Shown here one piece after another: positions 14,588 through 27,713 of a stretch of DNA of 64,000 nucleotides. Under the pieces are notes generated by a model. The model did not search any database, had not been told where the DNA came from, and worked only from the letters and a program-made list of their open reading frames with translations. Position numbers and translations under genes: made by a program. Positions within the stretch are counted from its first letter, which is position 1. Every line of letters begins with the position of its first letter. This DNA comes from Saccostrea cucullata (lineage: Eukaryota), in the NCBI RefSeq assembly GCF_032062105.1, contig NW_026928460.1, forward strand, positions 124,001-188,000. The letters run 5' to 3'.

Positions 14588-17110
14588 GGTAAAAGATCTC
14601 AACCCCCCTTTTCTGTTAGTTTGAATTCCATTTCTAATGCATCAAATTCTTTTGATATAATATATTTAGACATAAAATGACTTAGACCGGTAATAATTTT
14701 GATTTAATGGACCGGGCGAAATGACTGAAATCTGCAGAACACCATAATATACAGATAAAAGTAACACTCTCAAATATTTTTTATGCAAAAATAATTAAAT
14801 TTAAATATTTGAAAAAAATCCTTAAACGAGCAAAATTCAAATCACGACAAGGTCAAAAATATTATATGTATCTCACACAACTTTTCTGGCTGATTTTCTG
14901 ACGGTAAAAGATCTCAACCCCCCTTTTCTGTTAGTTTGAATTCCATTTCTAATGCATCAAATTCTTTTGATATAATATATTTAGGCATAAAATGACTTAT
15001 ACCGGTAATAATTTTGATTTAATGGACCGGGCGAAATGACTGAAATCTGCAGAACACCATAATATACAGATAAAAGTAACACTCTCAAATATTTTTTAGG
15101 CAAAAATAATTAAATTTAAATATTTGAAAAAAATCCTTAAACGAGCAAAATTCAAATCACGACAAGGTCAAAAATATTATATGTATCTCACACAACTTTT
15201 CTGGCTGATTTTCTGACTCGGTAAAAGATCTCAACCCCCCTTTTCTGTTAGTTTGAATTCCATTTCTAATGCATCAAATTCTTTTGATATAATATATTTA
15301 GGCATAAAATGACTTATACCGGTAATAATTTTGATTTAATGGACCGGGCGAAATGACTGAAATCTGCAGAACACCATAATATACAGATAAAAGTAACACT
15401 CTCAAATATTTTTTAGGCAAAAATAATTAAATTTAAATATTTGAAAAAAATCCTTAAACGAGCAAAATTCAAATCACGACAAGGTCAAAATATTATATGT
15501 ATCTCACACAACTTTTCTGGCTGATTTTCTGACTCGGTAAAAGATCTCAACCCCCCTTTTCTGTTAGTTTGAATTCCATTTCTAATGCATCAAATTCTTT
15601 TGATATAATATATTTAGGCATAAAATGACTTATACCGGTAATAATTTTGATTTAATGGACCGGGCGAAATGACTGAAATCTGCAGAACACCATAATATAC
15701 AGATAAAAGTAACACTCTCAAATATTTTTTATGCAAAAATAATTAAATTTAAATATTTGAAAAAAATCCTTAAACGAGCAAAATTCAAATCACGACAAGG
15801 TCAAAAATATTATATGTATCTCACACAACTTTTCTGGCTGATTTTCTGACTCGGTAAAAGATCTCAACCCCCCTTTTCTGTTAGTTTGAATTCCATTTCT
15901 AATGCATCAAATTCTTTTGATATAATATATTTAGACATAAAATGACTTATACCGGTAATAATTTTGATTTAATGGACCGGGCGAAATGACCGAAATCTGC
16001 AGAACACCATAATATACAGATAAAAGTAACACTCTCAAATATTTTTTATGCAAAAATAATTAAATTTAAATATTTGAAAAAAATCCTTAAACGAGCAAAA
16101 TTCAAATCACGACAAGGTCAAAAATATTATATGTATCTCACACAACTTTTCTGGCTGATTTTCTGACTCGGTAAAAGATCTCAACCCCCCTTTTCTGTTA
16201 GTTTGAATTCCATTTCTAATGCATCAAATTCTTTTGATATAATATATTTAGGCATAAAATGACTTATACCGGTAATAATTTTGATTTAATGGACCGGGCG
16301 AAATGACTGAAATCTGCAGAACACCATAATATACAGATAAAAGTAACACTCTCAAATATTTTTTAGGCAAAAATAATTAAATTTAAATATTTGAAAAAAA
16401 TCCTTAAACGAGCAAAATTCAAATCACGACAAGGTCAAAAATATTATATGTATCTCACACAACTTTTCTGGCTGATTTTCTGACTAAGATCTCAACCCCC
16501 CTTTTCTGTTAGTTTGAATTCCATTTCTAATGCATCAAATTCTTTTGATATAATATATTTAGACATAAAATGACTTATACCGGTAATAATTTTGATTTAA
16601 TGGACCGGGCGAAATGACTGAAATCTGCAGAACACCATAATATACAGATAAAAGTAACACTCTCAAATATTTTTTATGCAAAAATAATTAAATTTAAATA
16701 TTTGAAAAAAATCCTTAAACGAGCAAAATTCAAATCACGACAAGGTCAAAAATATTATATGTATCTCACACAACTTTTCTGGCTGATTTTCTGACGGTAA
16801 AAGATCTCAACCCCCCTTTTCTGTTAGTTTGAATTCCATTTCTAATGCATCAAATTCTTTTGATATAATATATTTAGACATAAAATGACTTAGACCGGTA
16901 ATAATTTTGATTTAATGGACCGGGCGAAATGACTGAAATCTGCAGAACACCATAATATACAGATAAAAGTAACACTCTCAAATATTTTTTATGCAAAAAT
17001 AATTAAATTTAAATATTTGAAAAAAATCCTTAAACGAGCAAAATTCAAATCACGACAAGGTCAAAAATATTATATGTATCTCACACAACTTTTCTGGCTG
17101 ATTTTCTGAC
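14588..17110. repeat. 317-bp satellite array 2 (about 8 copies)
   Basis: Same monomer as array 1. Confidence 0.97.
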
Positions 17111-18321
17111 ATGCCAAGAAATCTCGTCCGGTTTACGCACTGTGGAAGTCAATAAAAGTGTAATTGATGCAAATCACCCATATTCCCCAAACGCTAGCAA
17201 GACAATTTACGGCAGCAGATTTCGATTTTGGGGGGGGGGGGGATCATAGGTTTTCAGCTTTCTTAGTTAAAGAAAATAAACTTGATATATTCCACCATTT
17301 ATTTCTATCAGTGATATTTTTACATTAAAATGAAAATATTAACATAGCCAATCAGGTTGCGTCACACGGGTAATTGTTTTGACTGTAAATTTCCATATAG
17401 AATAAAAAGTCTTTAAAAAAAATTGGTAGTTGTTTACTTGAAAAAATATCTAGCAGGATGTTAAACATTACCTGTCACACTAGCTGACACACTCTCACAC
17501 ACAAAACGGTACCTACACGGCATTTCCTGACTTTTTCTATCTGTAAACAGGGCTATCAAATCCACGTGTTTTCAATGTGTCTATAAACATTCCGAGTGTA
17601 CCGCAGGAAGTAGCCTCCTATTCCCGGGAAAAAAATAGTTCCTGTCGAAAACCTTTATCTGTTCAAAAAGTACATAAAATTTAATAGGCACAGGTACCAA
17701 AGTGTAAAAATGGCTTGGAAGAGAATAGAAAAACGTCTCAAAAGAAAGGAAAATCAATTTTAAATGTATGGACTCTCAAACATTTGACAAAAATAATTAA
17801 AGTTCATTTTGATTGGTTAATTACCGGTGTGATACCTCTACCCATAGTACTCCTCTCCCCTCTGGTTTAACCAGGAAATGATGTCAAAATCTGGTACCCC
17901 TTTTTCCCATAATTCGACGCGCGCTACTTCCAAAACTACCATGTTCATCGTACCCGACGTTAATTTATGCTCAGGAAAAAAAAACTATATGGAATTACGT
18001 AAAAAATTGAAAGACAGCTTATTTCTACTGACAAATTAGTTTACTATAATTAATAATTTTGTTTTTCTTTAAAACTTTTTTTCTTACAGTATTTGATAAA
18101 TATGATCTCCCCCCCCTGTTAGTTTGAAAAAAAAAATAAAAAATCAAAAGAAAATAAAAGAAGGGGTACAAAGGCTTCCAAATAATTAGTTTTGTACCAA
18201 AGGCTTCCAAATCAAAAATAAACCCAGTACCTCCCTCAAAATGACATTAATTGCCTTTAAACACAACTTCGGCTTTTATTCAAATTCGCTCTATTACAGA
18301 CTCTACAGGTTTTCTTGGCAT
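17111..18321. mobile_element. Module A, copy 3, with both TIRs (ATGCCAAGAAA...TTTCTTGGCAT)
   Basis: Left junction TTTTCTGAC|ATGCCAAGAAA, right junction TTTCTTGGCAT|GGTAAAAG. No TSD visible. Confidence 0.75.
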
Positions 18322-20406
18322 GGTAAAAGATCTCAACCCCCCTTTTCTGTTAGTTTGAATTCCATTTCTAATGCATCAAATTCTTTTGATATAATATATT
18401 TAGACATAAAATGACTTAGACCGGTAATAATTTTGATTTAATGGACCGGGCGAAATGACTGAAATCTGCAGAACACCATAATATACAGATAAAAGTAACA
18501 CTCTCAAATATTTTTTATGCAAAAATAATTAAATTTAAATATTTGAAAAAAATCCTTAAACGAGCAAAATTCAAATCACGACAAGGTCAAAAATATTATA
18601 TGTATCTCACACAACTTTTCTGGCTGATTTTCTGACTCGGTAAAAGATCTCAACCCCCCTTTTCTGTTAGTTTGAATTCCATTTCTAATGCATCAAATTC
18701 TTTTGATATAATATATTTAGGCATAAAATGACTTATACCGGTAATAATTTTGATTTAATGGACCGGGCGAAATGACTGAAATCTGCAGAACACCATAATA
18801 TACAGATAAAAGTAACACTCTCAAATATTTTTTATGCAAAAATAATTAAATTTAAATATTTGAAAAAAATCCTTAAACGAGCAAAATTCAAATCACGACA
18901 AGGTCAAAAATATTATATGTATCTCACACAACTTTTCTGGCTGATTTTCTGACTCGGTAAAAGATCTCAACCCCCCTTTTCTGTTAGTTTGAATTCCATT
19001 TCTAATGCATCAAATTCTTTTGATATAATATATTTAGGCATAAAATGACTTATACCGGTAATAATTTTGATTTAATGGACCGGGCGAAATGACTGAAATC
19101 TGCAGAACACCATAATATACAGATAAAAGTAACACTCTCAAATATTTTTTAGGCAAAAATAATTAAATTTAAATATTTGAAAAAAATCCTTAAACGAGCA
19201 AAATTCAAATCACGACAAGGTCAAAAATATTATATGTATCTCACACAACTTTTCTGGCTGATTTTCTGACTCGGTAAAAGATCTCAACCCCCCTTTTCTG
19301 TTAGTTTGAATTCCATTTCTAATGCATCAAATTCTTTTGATATAATATATTTAGGCATAAAATGACTTATACCGGTAATAATTTTGATTTAATGGACCGG
19401 GCGAAATGACTGAAATCTGCAGAACACCATAATATACAGATAAAAGTAACACTCTCAAATATTTTTTAGGCAAAAATAATTAAATTTAAATATTTGAAAA
19501 AAATCCTTAAACGAGCAAAATTCAAATCACGACAAGGTCAAAAATATTATATGTATCTCACACAACTTTTCTGGCTGATTTTCTGACTCGGTAAAAGATC
19601 TCAACCCCCCTTTTCTGTTAGTTTGAATTCCATTTCTAATGCATCAAATTCTTTTGATATAATATATTTAGGCATAAAATGACTTATACCGGTAATAATT
19701 TTGATTTAATGGACCGGGCGAAATGACTGAAATCTGCAGAACACCATAATATACAGATAAAAGTAACACTCTCAAATATTTTTTAGGCAAAAATAATTAA
19801 ATTTAAATATTTGAAAAAAATCCTTAAACGAGCAAAATTCAAATCACGACAAGGTCAAAAATATTATATGTATCTCACACAACTTTTCTGGCTGATTTTC
19901 TGACTCGGTAAAAGATCTCAACCCCCCTTTTCTGTTAGTTTGAATTCCATTTCTAATGCATCAAATTCTTTTGATATAATATATTTAGGCATAAAATGAC
20001 TTATACCGGTAATAATTTTGATTTAATGGACCGGGCGAAATGACTGAAATCTGCAGAACACCATAATATACAGATAAAAGTAACACTCTCAAATATTTTT
20101 TAGGCAAAAATAATTAAATTTAAATATTTGAAAAAAATCCTTAAACGAGCAAAATTCAAATCACGACAAGGTCAAAAATATTATATGTATCTCACACAAC
20201 TTTTCTGGCTGATTTTCTGACTCGGTAAAAGATCTCAACCCCCCTTTTCTGTTAGTTTGAATTCCATTTCTAATGCATCAAATTCTTTTGATATAATATA
20301 TTTAGGCATAAAATGACTTATACCGGTAATAATTTTGATTTAATGGACCGGGCGAAATGACTGAAATCTGCAGAACACCATAATATACAGATAAAAGTAA
20401 CACTCT
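18322..20406. repeat. 317-bp satellite array 3 (about 6.6 copies)
   Basis: Same monomer; truncated at CACTCT by the hairpin element. Confidence 0.97.
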
Positions 20407-21085
20407 AATAGTTAGATCATATTAAGTAAAATTCTAGTGGTTAAGAAGGGGCGGAGGGAGCGAAGCGACCGAGCCCCCTTCTTAACCACTAAAAATTTTA
20501 CTTAATATGATCTAACTTACTTAGAACCTAATCGTGCTTTTTCATTGGCTAATTAGTCAGCCCGCGGAGTTACTGCATAAACATAAAATCTTAACAATTA
20601 AGTGATCAACTTAATAGAAAATTTAGCAGCTGCTGATTGGAGGAAAAAGCGGGTTAGGTTCTAAGCATAATTATTCACTGTTTCAAAATATGCATTGTAT
20701 ACATAAAACATATTAAAGTTTACTGTTTGTTAAATAATTGCGTTATTTTTCTTTTGTTCTGTAGCAGTCCGATTTTGTAAGATATCAGTACTGAGACAGT
20801 CTGATATTACGGTTAATATCAGACTGCTCACTAATATCGGACTTTTTTTTTTTATAAAATATTTATTGCACATATACATAATACAAATTATGTAAATTTA
20901 TAACAAATAGATATGAAATTAACAATGTTACTTTGTGACAAAGTATAATATAAGGTTAAAAATCTGATAAAAACAAACGTGACACTTACTGACCTCTACA
21001 ATCTACAACACAGAAAAACATGAATGAAACAAAAACCGTTTTGACAACATAGAGTATGGAGTACGACACAGACAATACAAGGAAT

Positions 21086-24000
21086 TTACACACTGATCTT
21101 AAGATTAAGATCGCCGTTATCAATGGAGCAAAACAGGTGCGTGGAAGCCCAGTATTTATGAAATTTGTTTACATTAAATCGGTAAAAATCAGCTTGTATT
21201 CTTTGAATTAATTTATTGATGTACATTAAAATCATTCTGTTAGAGTTAATATCTTTCTTTTCAAACTTAATAACACATCGTACTTGCCAAATAATAGAGC
21301 ACATTAATGAAATTAAATATAGACACAAGGAATCAGTTTCCGTACTTAAAAACGTTATTGGAAAATCATGAAAGCGAATATGTGACAAGTTAAATCTTGC
21401 AAACTTATTGTTTGTTATAATATTTAACCAGTTTTTAACAATGGAAATCAAAGGCTTCACAAAAGTACATTCATAAAAAAGATGACTTATAGTTTCGACA
21501 TGAATTTTACAAAGTGCACATTTATTATTTTTGTAAAAACCAATATTATGCATATAATAGGATACAGGTATAATTTCGTGCATAATCCTGAACATTATGT
21601 CTCTAACATTTTTATCTATAAAATCATCATTCAATCTTTGAAAAACTAATTCAAAATTGACACTAGGAAATATATTGATAACACGTGGAGTTGTAACAAT
21701 ATTTTCTAATAAGATTGTATAATAAAATTTCGTTGTCATGTTACCAAAGGAATACAAATAATTATCATTTTCAATCTGTAAAAAATTCCTTAAGTCTTTT
21801 AAACATTCCTGATAAAATTCTGGTATAACCTCTGAATGAGGCCTATTGTTACTAGCAAAACTTGGTTGGTTTGAACATATTTTATTGTTTTGATGTTTAA
21901 ACAAAAGGATTGGACACAAGTTCTTAAAAACTTAGAACGTCCTCTCCTTTAAAACAATTTGTAACACAAAGTACATTGTTCAAAATTAATTTACACAGGA
22001 ACCAAAGGTCAATAAGATTATCTAACATAGACAATGCATATACAGAATTGAATTAATGTAGTATGGACATACTAATCTAAAAGCATTACTCAAAAACGAC
22101 CAGATCTCTTAATATACAATTGCACATTTAAAAATAAACTTTCATTTTCAGAAATACTGATCGAATTATCTCCCCATAATAGAACATGAGTGTCTACAAT
22201 ACGTAAATTTATCATTCTAAAAATAGCATTGAACAAATCGTTTCTTGGGGCAGTGTAGTTCACACAAGAAAAAAAGAAATGATATGCATCTTCTATTTTT
22301 CCGCAAGTACACAGTGGACTGTCAATAATATTACACCTAAATAAGTCTTTATTTAGGACACAATTGTGTCTTAATCTAGTATGAATTACACTCCAGTAAC
22401 GATCACCAAAAGTAAAAAATGACGGGGTGGGTGTTTTCTGAGAGTTTATACATTTTTTGAAGGAACCAATTGTAGTGGATTGTCTTGTTTCAAGAGATAA
22501 AGAATTCCATTCCCTTATTGCCATTGGAACAAACGATGATTTATAAATATTTAATCTACACCTAGGGATACAGTTCAACTTGGTTGAAATTTTCGTAAAT
22601 TTAAACCAACCCAATAAACAGTAAAGAAAGTATATTTTGAAACGTCATTTTCTAGAATATTTTGCAAATGCTTTAACCTTAAAGACTGTAATTTTAAACC
22701 AATATTAACAATTTCCAAACCGCCGTTTTTTCTATAATTATAACATACAGTTCTTTTTAAAGGTTCCGCCGTACTGGGCCATAAAAATCTAAAAATAGCT
22801 TTTTCGAATTGTTTTAAGTAATAATCAGGTAAAAGACAGACAGATCCTACATACCAAATTTTAGAACAGGCTAAAACTTTTACGACAATTGACTTTTCTA
22901 CAAAAGACAAAAACCTCTGTTTCCATAAATTTAAAGTTTTAATAAATTTCGTAAGAATCGGTTGCCAAATATCATCTGAAGTAAGATTATTGCCAAATTT
23001 AACCCCTAAAAGTTTACAATTTTCAACCCATGATATGCCGAAAGGATGGTCTGACCTATTTTTCCATTTCCCTAACCAAATACCTTTTGTCTTTTGTAGA
23101 TTGAGCCTTGCACCCGAGGCGCGTCCATACAGCGAGCACCAATACAGTACTCGCTCTATGGACGCGTCACAGGTACAAATAGCCAAACTATCATCTGCGT
23201 ATAAAGATAATTTACTAGTTTTAGAAGAACCTGGTAGTTTAATGCCTGAAATTTGTTCGTCTTCCCTAATTTTAATGGCGAACGGTTCTAAAACTAAAAC
23301 ATATAATAATGGGCTCAGGCTGCACCCCTGGCGCACCCCTCTATGTAACAAAATAGGTTCCGAAATATGATTATTAACTATAACAGAGGAACATACATCA
23401 GTATATAAAGTTTTAATCCATCGAATGAGAGAAGGCCCAAAATTATAAGCCGAAAGTGCTTGAAATAAAAAGTCATAATTGACGCGATCAAAAGCCTTCT
23501 CTTGATCTAAAGAAATAAAAGCCACCGGGGCCTGTTTTTGTTCACAGTAATCAATAATGTTCCTCATTAAATGTAAATTATCAAAAATGGTGCGCCCTGG
23601 CACGGCGCAGGTCTGATCAGGATGAATAATGTGTTCTAAAACTTTTTTGACTCTATTTGTAATTACTTTAGATATCAATTTATAGTCGTAATTCAACAAT
23701 GAAATAGGTCTGTAATTTTTAACATTTTCAGAATGCTCTTGATCTTTACAAAGTAAAGTAATATAAGATAATTTCTGACTATCTGATAAATGCCCTTCTT
23801 GAAAAGTACAATTCATAACTTCTAATAATGGGTCAATAAGTATATTTATAAACGTAGAGTAAAATTCTTTAGTAAGACCGTCTGCACCGGGAGACTTATT
23901 GTTGTCCATATCGCGGAGCGCTATTAATACTTCTTCTTTTGTTATTTGACCTTCACAGGTGGCCGAAATATCGTCAGGTAATTTTGGCACGCCTTGTAAA

Positions 24001-25213
24001 AAATCATCAGCTAAATCCTGATCAATACCCTCGTCCGTGTATAATTTAGAATAGAAATTTTTAAAAACACCCAAAATATCGCCGGAATTTGTATAAGTAT
24101 TGGAAGACTCTGTAATTTTTGTAATAGTTTTCTGTTTGGCTCTTTTAATTTCCTGTTGAAAAAAGAATTTAGACGGTTTTTCTTCATTATCTAAACTTTC
24201 AGCTTTTGACCTAATTTTCGAGCCGGTATAATTTTGTAGCTGAAACTCTTTAATTTGACTTTTAATTTCCTTTAATCTATCTATAAACTGACCAGGATTT
24301 TTATTTTCAAAATATTGCATTTGATAATAAGACTTTTCTAATTGTCGTAAAACGTTACGCTTAACATTAGATTTTTTCTTACAATAGTGAATAGTAAAAT
24401 TTTTAATTTGTTCTTTTAAATGGTCCCAAAGCTCTAAATACATATCAAATCCCTCTATTAATTCAGTCCAATATTTAGTAAATTGTTTAATGAAAGTTTT
24501 ATCTTGTAATAAAGAATTGTTAAATTTCCAGTAGCCCTGCCCAAAATTAATTGTATCAGAATTTGAAACATTGATTTTTAATAATACAATGTCATGGTCA
24601 CTATGACCAAAAGGAATATTTTGAATACTTGTAATATTTTTACATAAAACCTTAGATACATAGAATCTGTCTAACCTACACGCAACATTTGAAGAAGCCC
24701 AAGTAGTTTTAATTACATTAGGATATAAAAATCTAAAACAATCACTAAGTTGGAAATCGTTAATAATATTTTTTAAATTGTCGCTACCGACGCTACCGTA
24801 TATGGGGTTTCCCCCCGATCTTATCTAATTTTGTATTTAAAACACAATTAAAATCTCCCCCCATTATTAAATGCTTATTACATAATAATAAAGGATATAA
24901 ATCTTCAAAAAACATAATTCTGTCTTTCTCATTATTAGGAGCATAAATGTTAATAATTCTATAATTCATATCATTATAAATAACATCTACATACACTAAC
25001 CTACCATCCATATCTAAATGAAATTTACTAACTACAATATCAGGATTTAAAATAATTATTCCGACTCCTCTACTTCTGTTAGATCCAAAGCTAAAATAAC
25101 ATTTATCTGTATTAAATATAGACTTTATAGCTAAAACGTTATTTATATTATTAAAATGGGTTTCCTGGAGTAATACAATAGAGATCTTTTCCTTTAAACA
25201 TTGAGTAAATAAT
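21086..25213 (-). pseudogene. L1/Tx1 ORF2 (APE endonuclease, reverse transcriptase, C-terminal CCHC domain), disrupted
   Basis: APE motifs LLQETH, NIYAPN, GDFN, RLDRFY, SDHD; RT motifs KSPGADG, RPISLLN, QGCSLSP, YADD; C-terminal CALC...HLFYEC. One frameshift at the C6 run 24811-24816, plus the CR1 insertion. The N-terminus of APE is missing. Confidence 0.9.
21869..22576 (-). mobile_element. 5'-truncated CR1/L2-group LINE 3' fragment inserted in L1 ORF2
   Basis: ORF 22090-22614 encodes a CR1-type C-terminus (SFVPMAIREWNSL, SPLCTCG..EDAYHFFFSC). 10-bp TSD AACTTGGTTG at 21859-21868 and 22577-22586. Excision rejoins ...LRKFQPS|FASNNRPHS... Confidence 0.9.
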
Positions 25214-26531
25214 TCGGACTGCCACAGGTAAATTTTTAGACTGCAAGAACAAAGGAATGATGTCACAGCAATGTTTTAATATATAGTATACAAGCTTGTT
25301 ATCCATTAGCTTTGACTAAACATTTGCATAATCTAAAGCAGAGAGCAAGGAGCGTTTTGTCTACGTTGTTCAAAGGGCCGTAATTTGAATTATCGAACTT
25401 TGTAACAAACTTCCATTATGCAAATTTTACAACATACATTAAATCGCACATGAAAAATTGTATAAATAAGGTGTCCCTGGAAGGGTGGATGGTAGGGGAT
25501 TAAAATAACTGTGCTTGTCCAAATATAAGTAGAATTGAATCTAATTGAATCTACTTCCACTGACAGCTACACTCTGCTGCAAAATAATAATGCATTACAT
25601 TGTAATCCGGGCAAATCATCCAATCAAAGTAAACTTTGTCTTTTTTTTTTTAATCAATTGAATTAAAAATAGGATTGACAATTCACACTATTTTATTTAT
25701 TGTTCTGAAAGAGAGTTTCAAAAACCAGACTGGATGTGATTGTTCATTCACAATTCTTTAATATATGTTCTCATTATTTGTACACTTTGAAAGGAATCAA
25801 AAATTAACAATCAGAAATTACATTGAAGGACATCACAAATAATATCGAAGGACTTTTCGACAACCTAAATATTGCTAATTTTTATTCATCGAATGACCAG
25901 TTTGGGTATGCGAAAACATTCGGAATCTTTAAATGAACACCCATCTTTGACTGGTGAGTGGATTTTTTTTTCTTTTGCGAGGAATTCATATAGCTTGCCT
26001 AAAAAAAATAATTTAACTGCACTCTATATACTGTATATTTTGATAATTTTTTTTCACTGAACGACTATAGTTGGGGTATGCGGAAACATTCAGAAATTTA
26101 AATGAACACTCATCTTTGACTATACTGAGTGGATATTTTTTTCTTTTGCAAGGAATTGATACAGCTTGCCTTAAGAAGAATTTAAAACTACTCTCCAGAA
26201 ACCACAATGTAATGTCAGTTAAAAAATGAAGTCCAAATTAATTTTACATCATTTTATTGAAAATAATAAGGTTGAATCCAACATTTCTTTTTTTTACGAT
26301 TCAGCGTTCTTTTTCAAAACAAAAATTGAAGAAAAGATTGGATGGAATAATTTAATATACATTTTAGGGTATGGCAGATCTCCGTATGAATCTAGATAAA
26401 CATGTCAGCAATTATGTCGAGAGATTACTATGAAGTGCCGTATTGCTCTTCAGGGCTTAAAGAGCTGAGTTCTCGTCAAACAACAGTTACTTTTGCGGTA
26501 TTTTATATCGAAACTGATTTCAGCATTATGC

Positions 26532-26682
26532 AGCTCTGCAGAACTGTAGCCATTTGAATTAAATGAATTTATATACTAGTCTTTGACCATAACTGTAGCG
26601 TTATGGTTTTATATATTAGTCTGTGACCATCATATGGTCAAAGACTAAGATATAAAACCATAAAGCTACAGTTCTGCAGCTA
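26532..26682. mobile_element. Palindromic MITE-like insert within the 1.9-kb unit (also at about 27975-28120 and 35968-36110)
   Basis: Inverted ends CTGCAGAACTGTAGC...GCTACAGTTCTGCAG, flanked by the direct repeat GCATTATG(C). Confidence 0.6.
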
Positions 26683-27713
26683 AGCATTATGCAAAACATC
26701 CATGCACTTCAATACCAGGATACTGCATGCATTGTACTGCTTGACGTACAGTCTGTTTAAAACATACATGTACATGGTCAATATTTAATGCAACTACAAT
26801 TTGTGAGAATCATGTTAAAAATGTAAACTATTTCCAATTTTGCCTAGTCTTCTTCCATAAAATAGACGTGGTGGAATAGATTTCTTAATAATTACTCCAT
26901 AAACTTTGATAAGATTGTTCTCTTACTATATACATTTAGAATTTAGAAATGATCATATCGATACTTTATAATAAAGTTACATTTTGTTTCTTTGTTGCAC
27001 TTGCCCGGGTAGTCAAAATAGTGTAAATTCAAACGTTTGACTTATGAGTTCACATTTAGAGTCTCAATCAAGCAAAGCACCAATATGCTTTGTATAACAA
27101 TCAAACGCAATATTCAATCCTGCCTGCTTAGCATTTCTTGTGTAGTGAGATAAACTCACCAACCAAATGAAAAGCTCTTGACATGGCAAAACTAGTTTAC
27201 TGAGGAGTGACTCTCTAAAGTCTTATATAGTATACAAGCTTGTTATCCATGAGTTTTGCCTAAACATTTGCATAATCTAAAGCAGAGAGCATAGATCGGT
27301 TTGTCTACGTTGATTAAAGGGCCGTAATTTGAAATATCGAATTTTGTAACAAACTTCCATTATGCAAATTTTACAACATACATTAAATCGCACAAGAAAA
27401 AATGTATAAATAAGGTCTTTGTAACAAACTTCCATTATGCAAATTTTACAACATACATTAAATCGCACAAGGCAAAATGTATAAATAGGGTGTCCTTGGA
27501 AGGGTGGATGGTGGGGGAGTAAAATAACTGTGCTTGTCCAAATACAAGTAGAATTGAATCTAATTGAATCTACTTCCACTCACAGCTACACTCTGCTGCA
27601 AAATAATGCATTACATTGTAATGCCGGGCAAATCATTCAATGAAAGTAAAGTTGGTCAATTTTTTTTTAATCAATTGAATTAAAGATAGGATTGACAATT
27701 CACACTATTTTAT

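Larger units (their letters stand above)
20844..25213 (-). mobile_element. 5'-truncated L1/Tx1-clade LINE
   Basis: Poly(A) tail seen as a T-run at 20843-20853; AATAAA at 20862-20867 on the minus strand; TSD TCGGACT at 20837-20843 and 25214-25220; APE-RT-zinc-finger ORF2. Confidence 0.92.
20407..25280. mobile_element. Non-autonomous Crypton-like hairpin element (about 500 bp of its own sequence, split by the L1 insertion)
   Basis: Terminal ~42-bp near-perfect inverted repeat (20410-20451 / 20475-20517) with GAGCGAAGCGA in the loop. Second IR pair TTAGAACCTAA/TTAGGTTCTAA. The internal palindrome CTGTAGCAGTCCGAT...ATCGGACTGCCACAG is restored when the L1 is removed. Family assignment is by architecture only. 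Confidence 0.55.

Noticed and set aside
11059-18210. Short ORFs in the satellite and module A
   Set aside because: Low-complexity, no recognisable domains, and not preserved between copies.
21869-21919. N-terminus of the 277-aa ORF (21086-21919) as an independent gene
   Set aside because: The first ~17 codons come from the CR1 3' UTR; the rest is the C-terminus of L1 ORF2.
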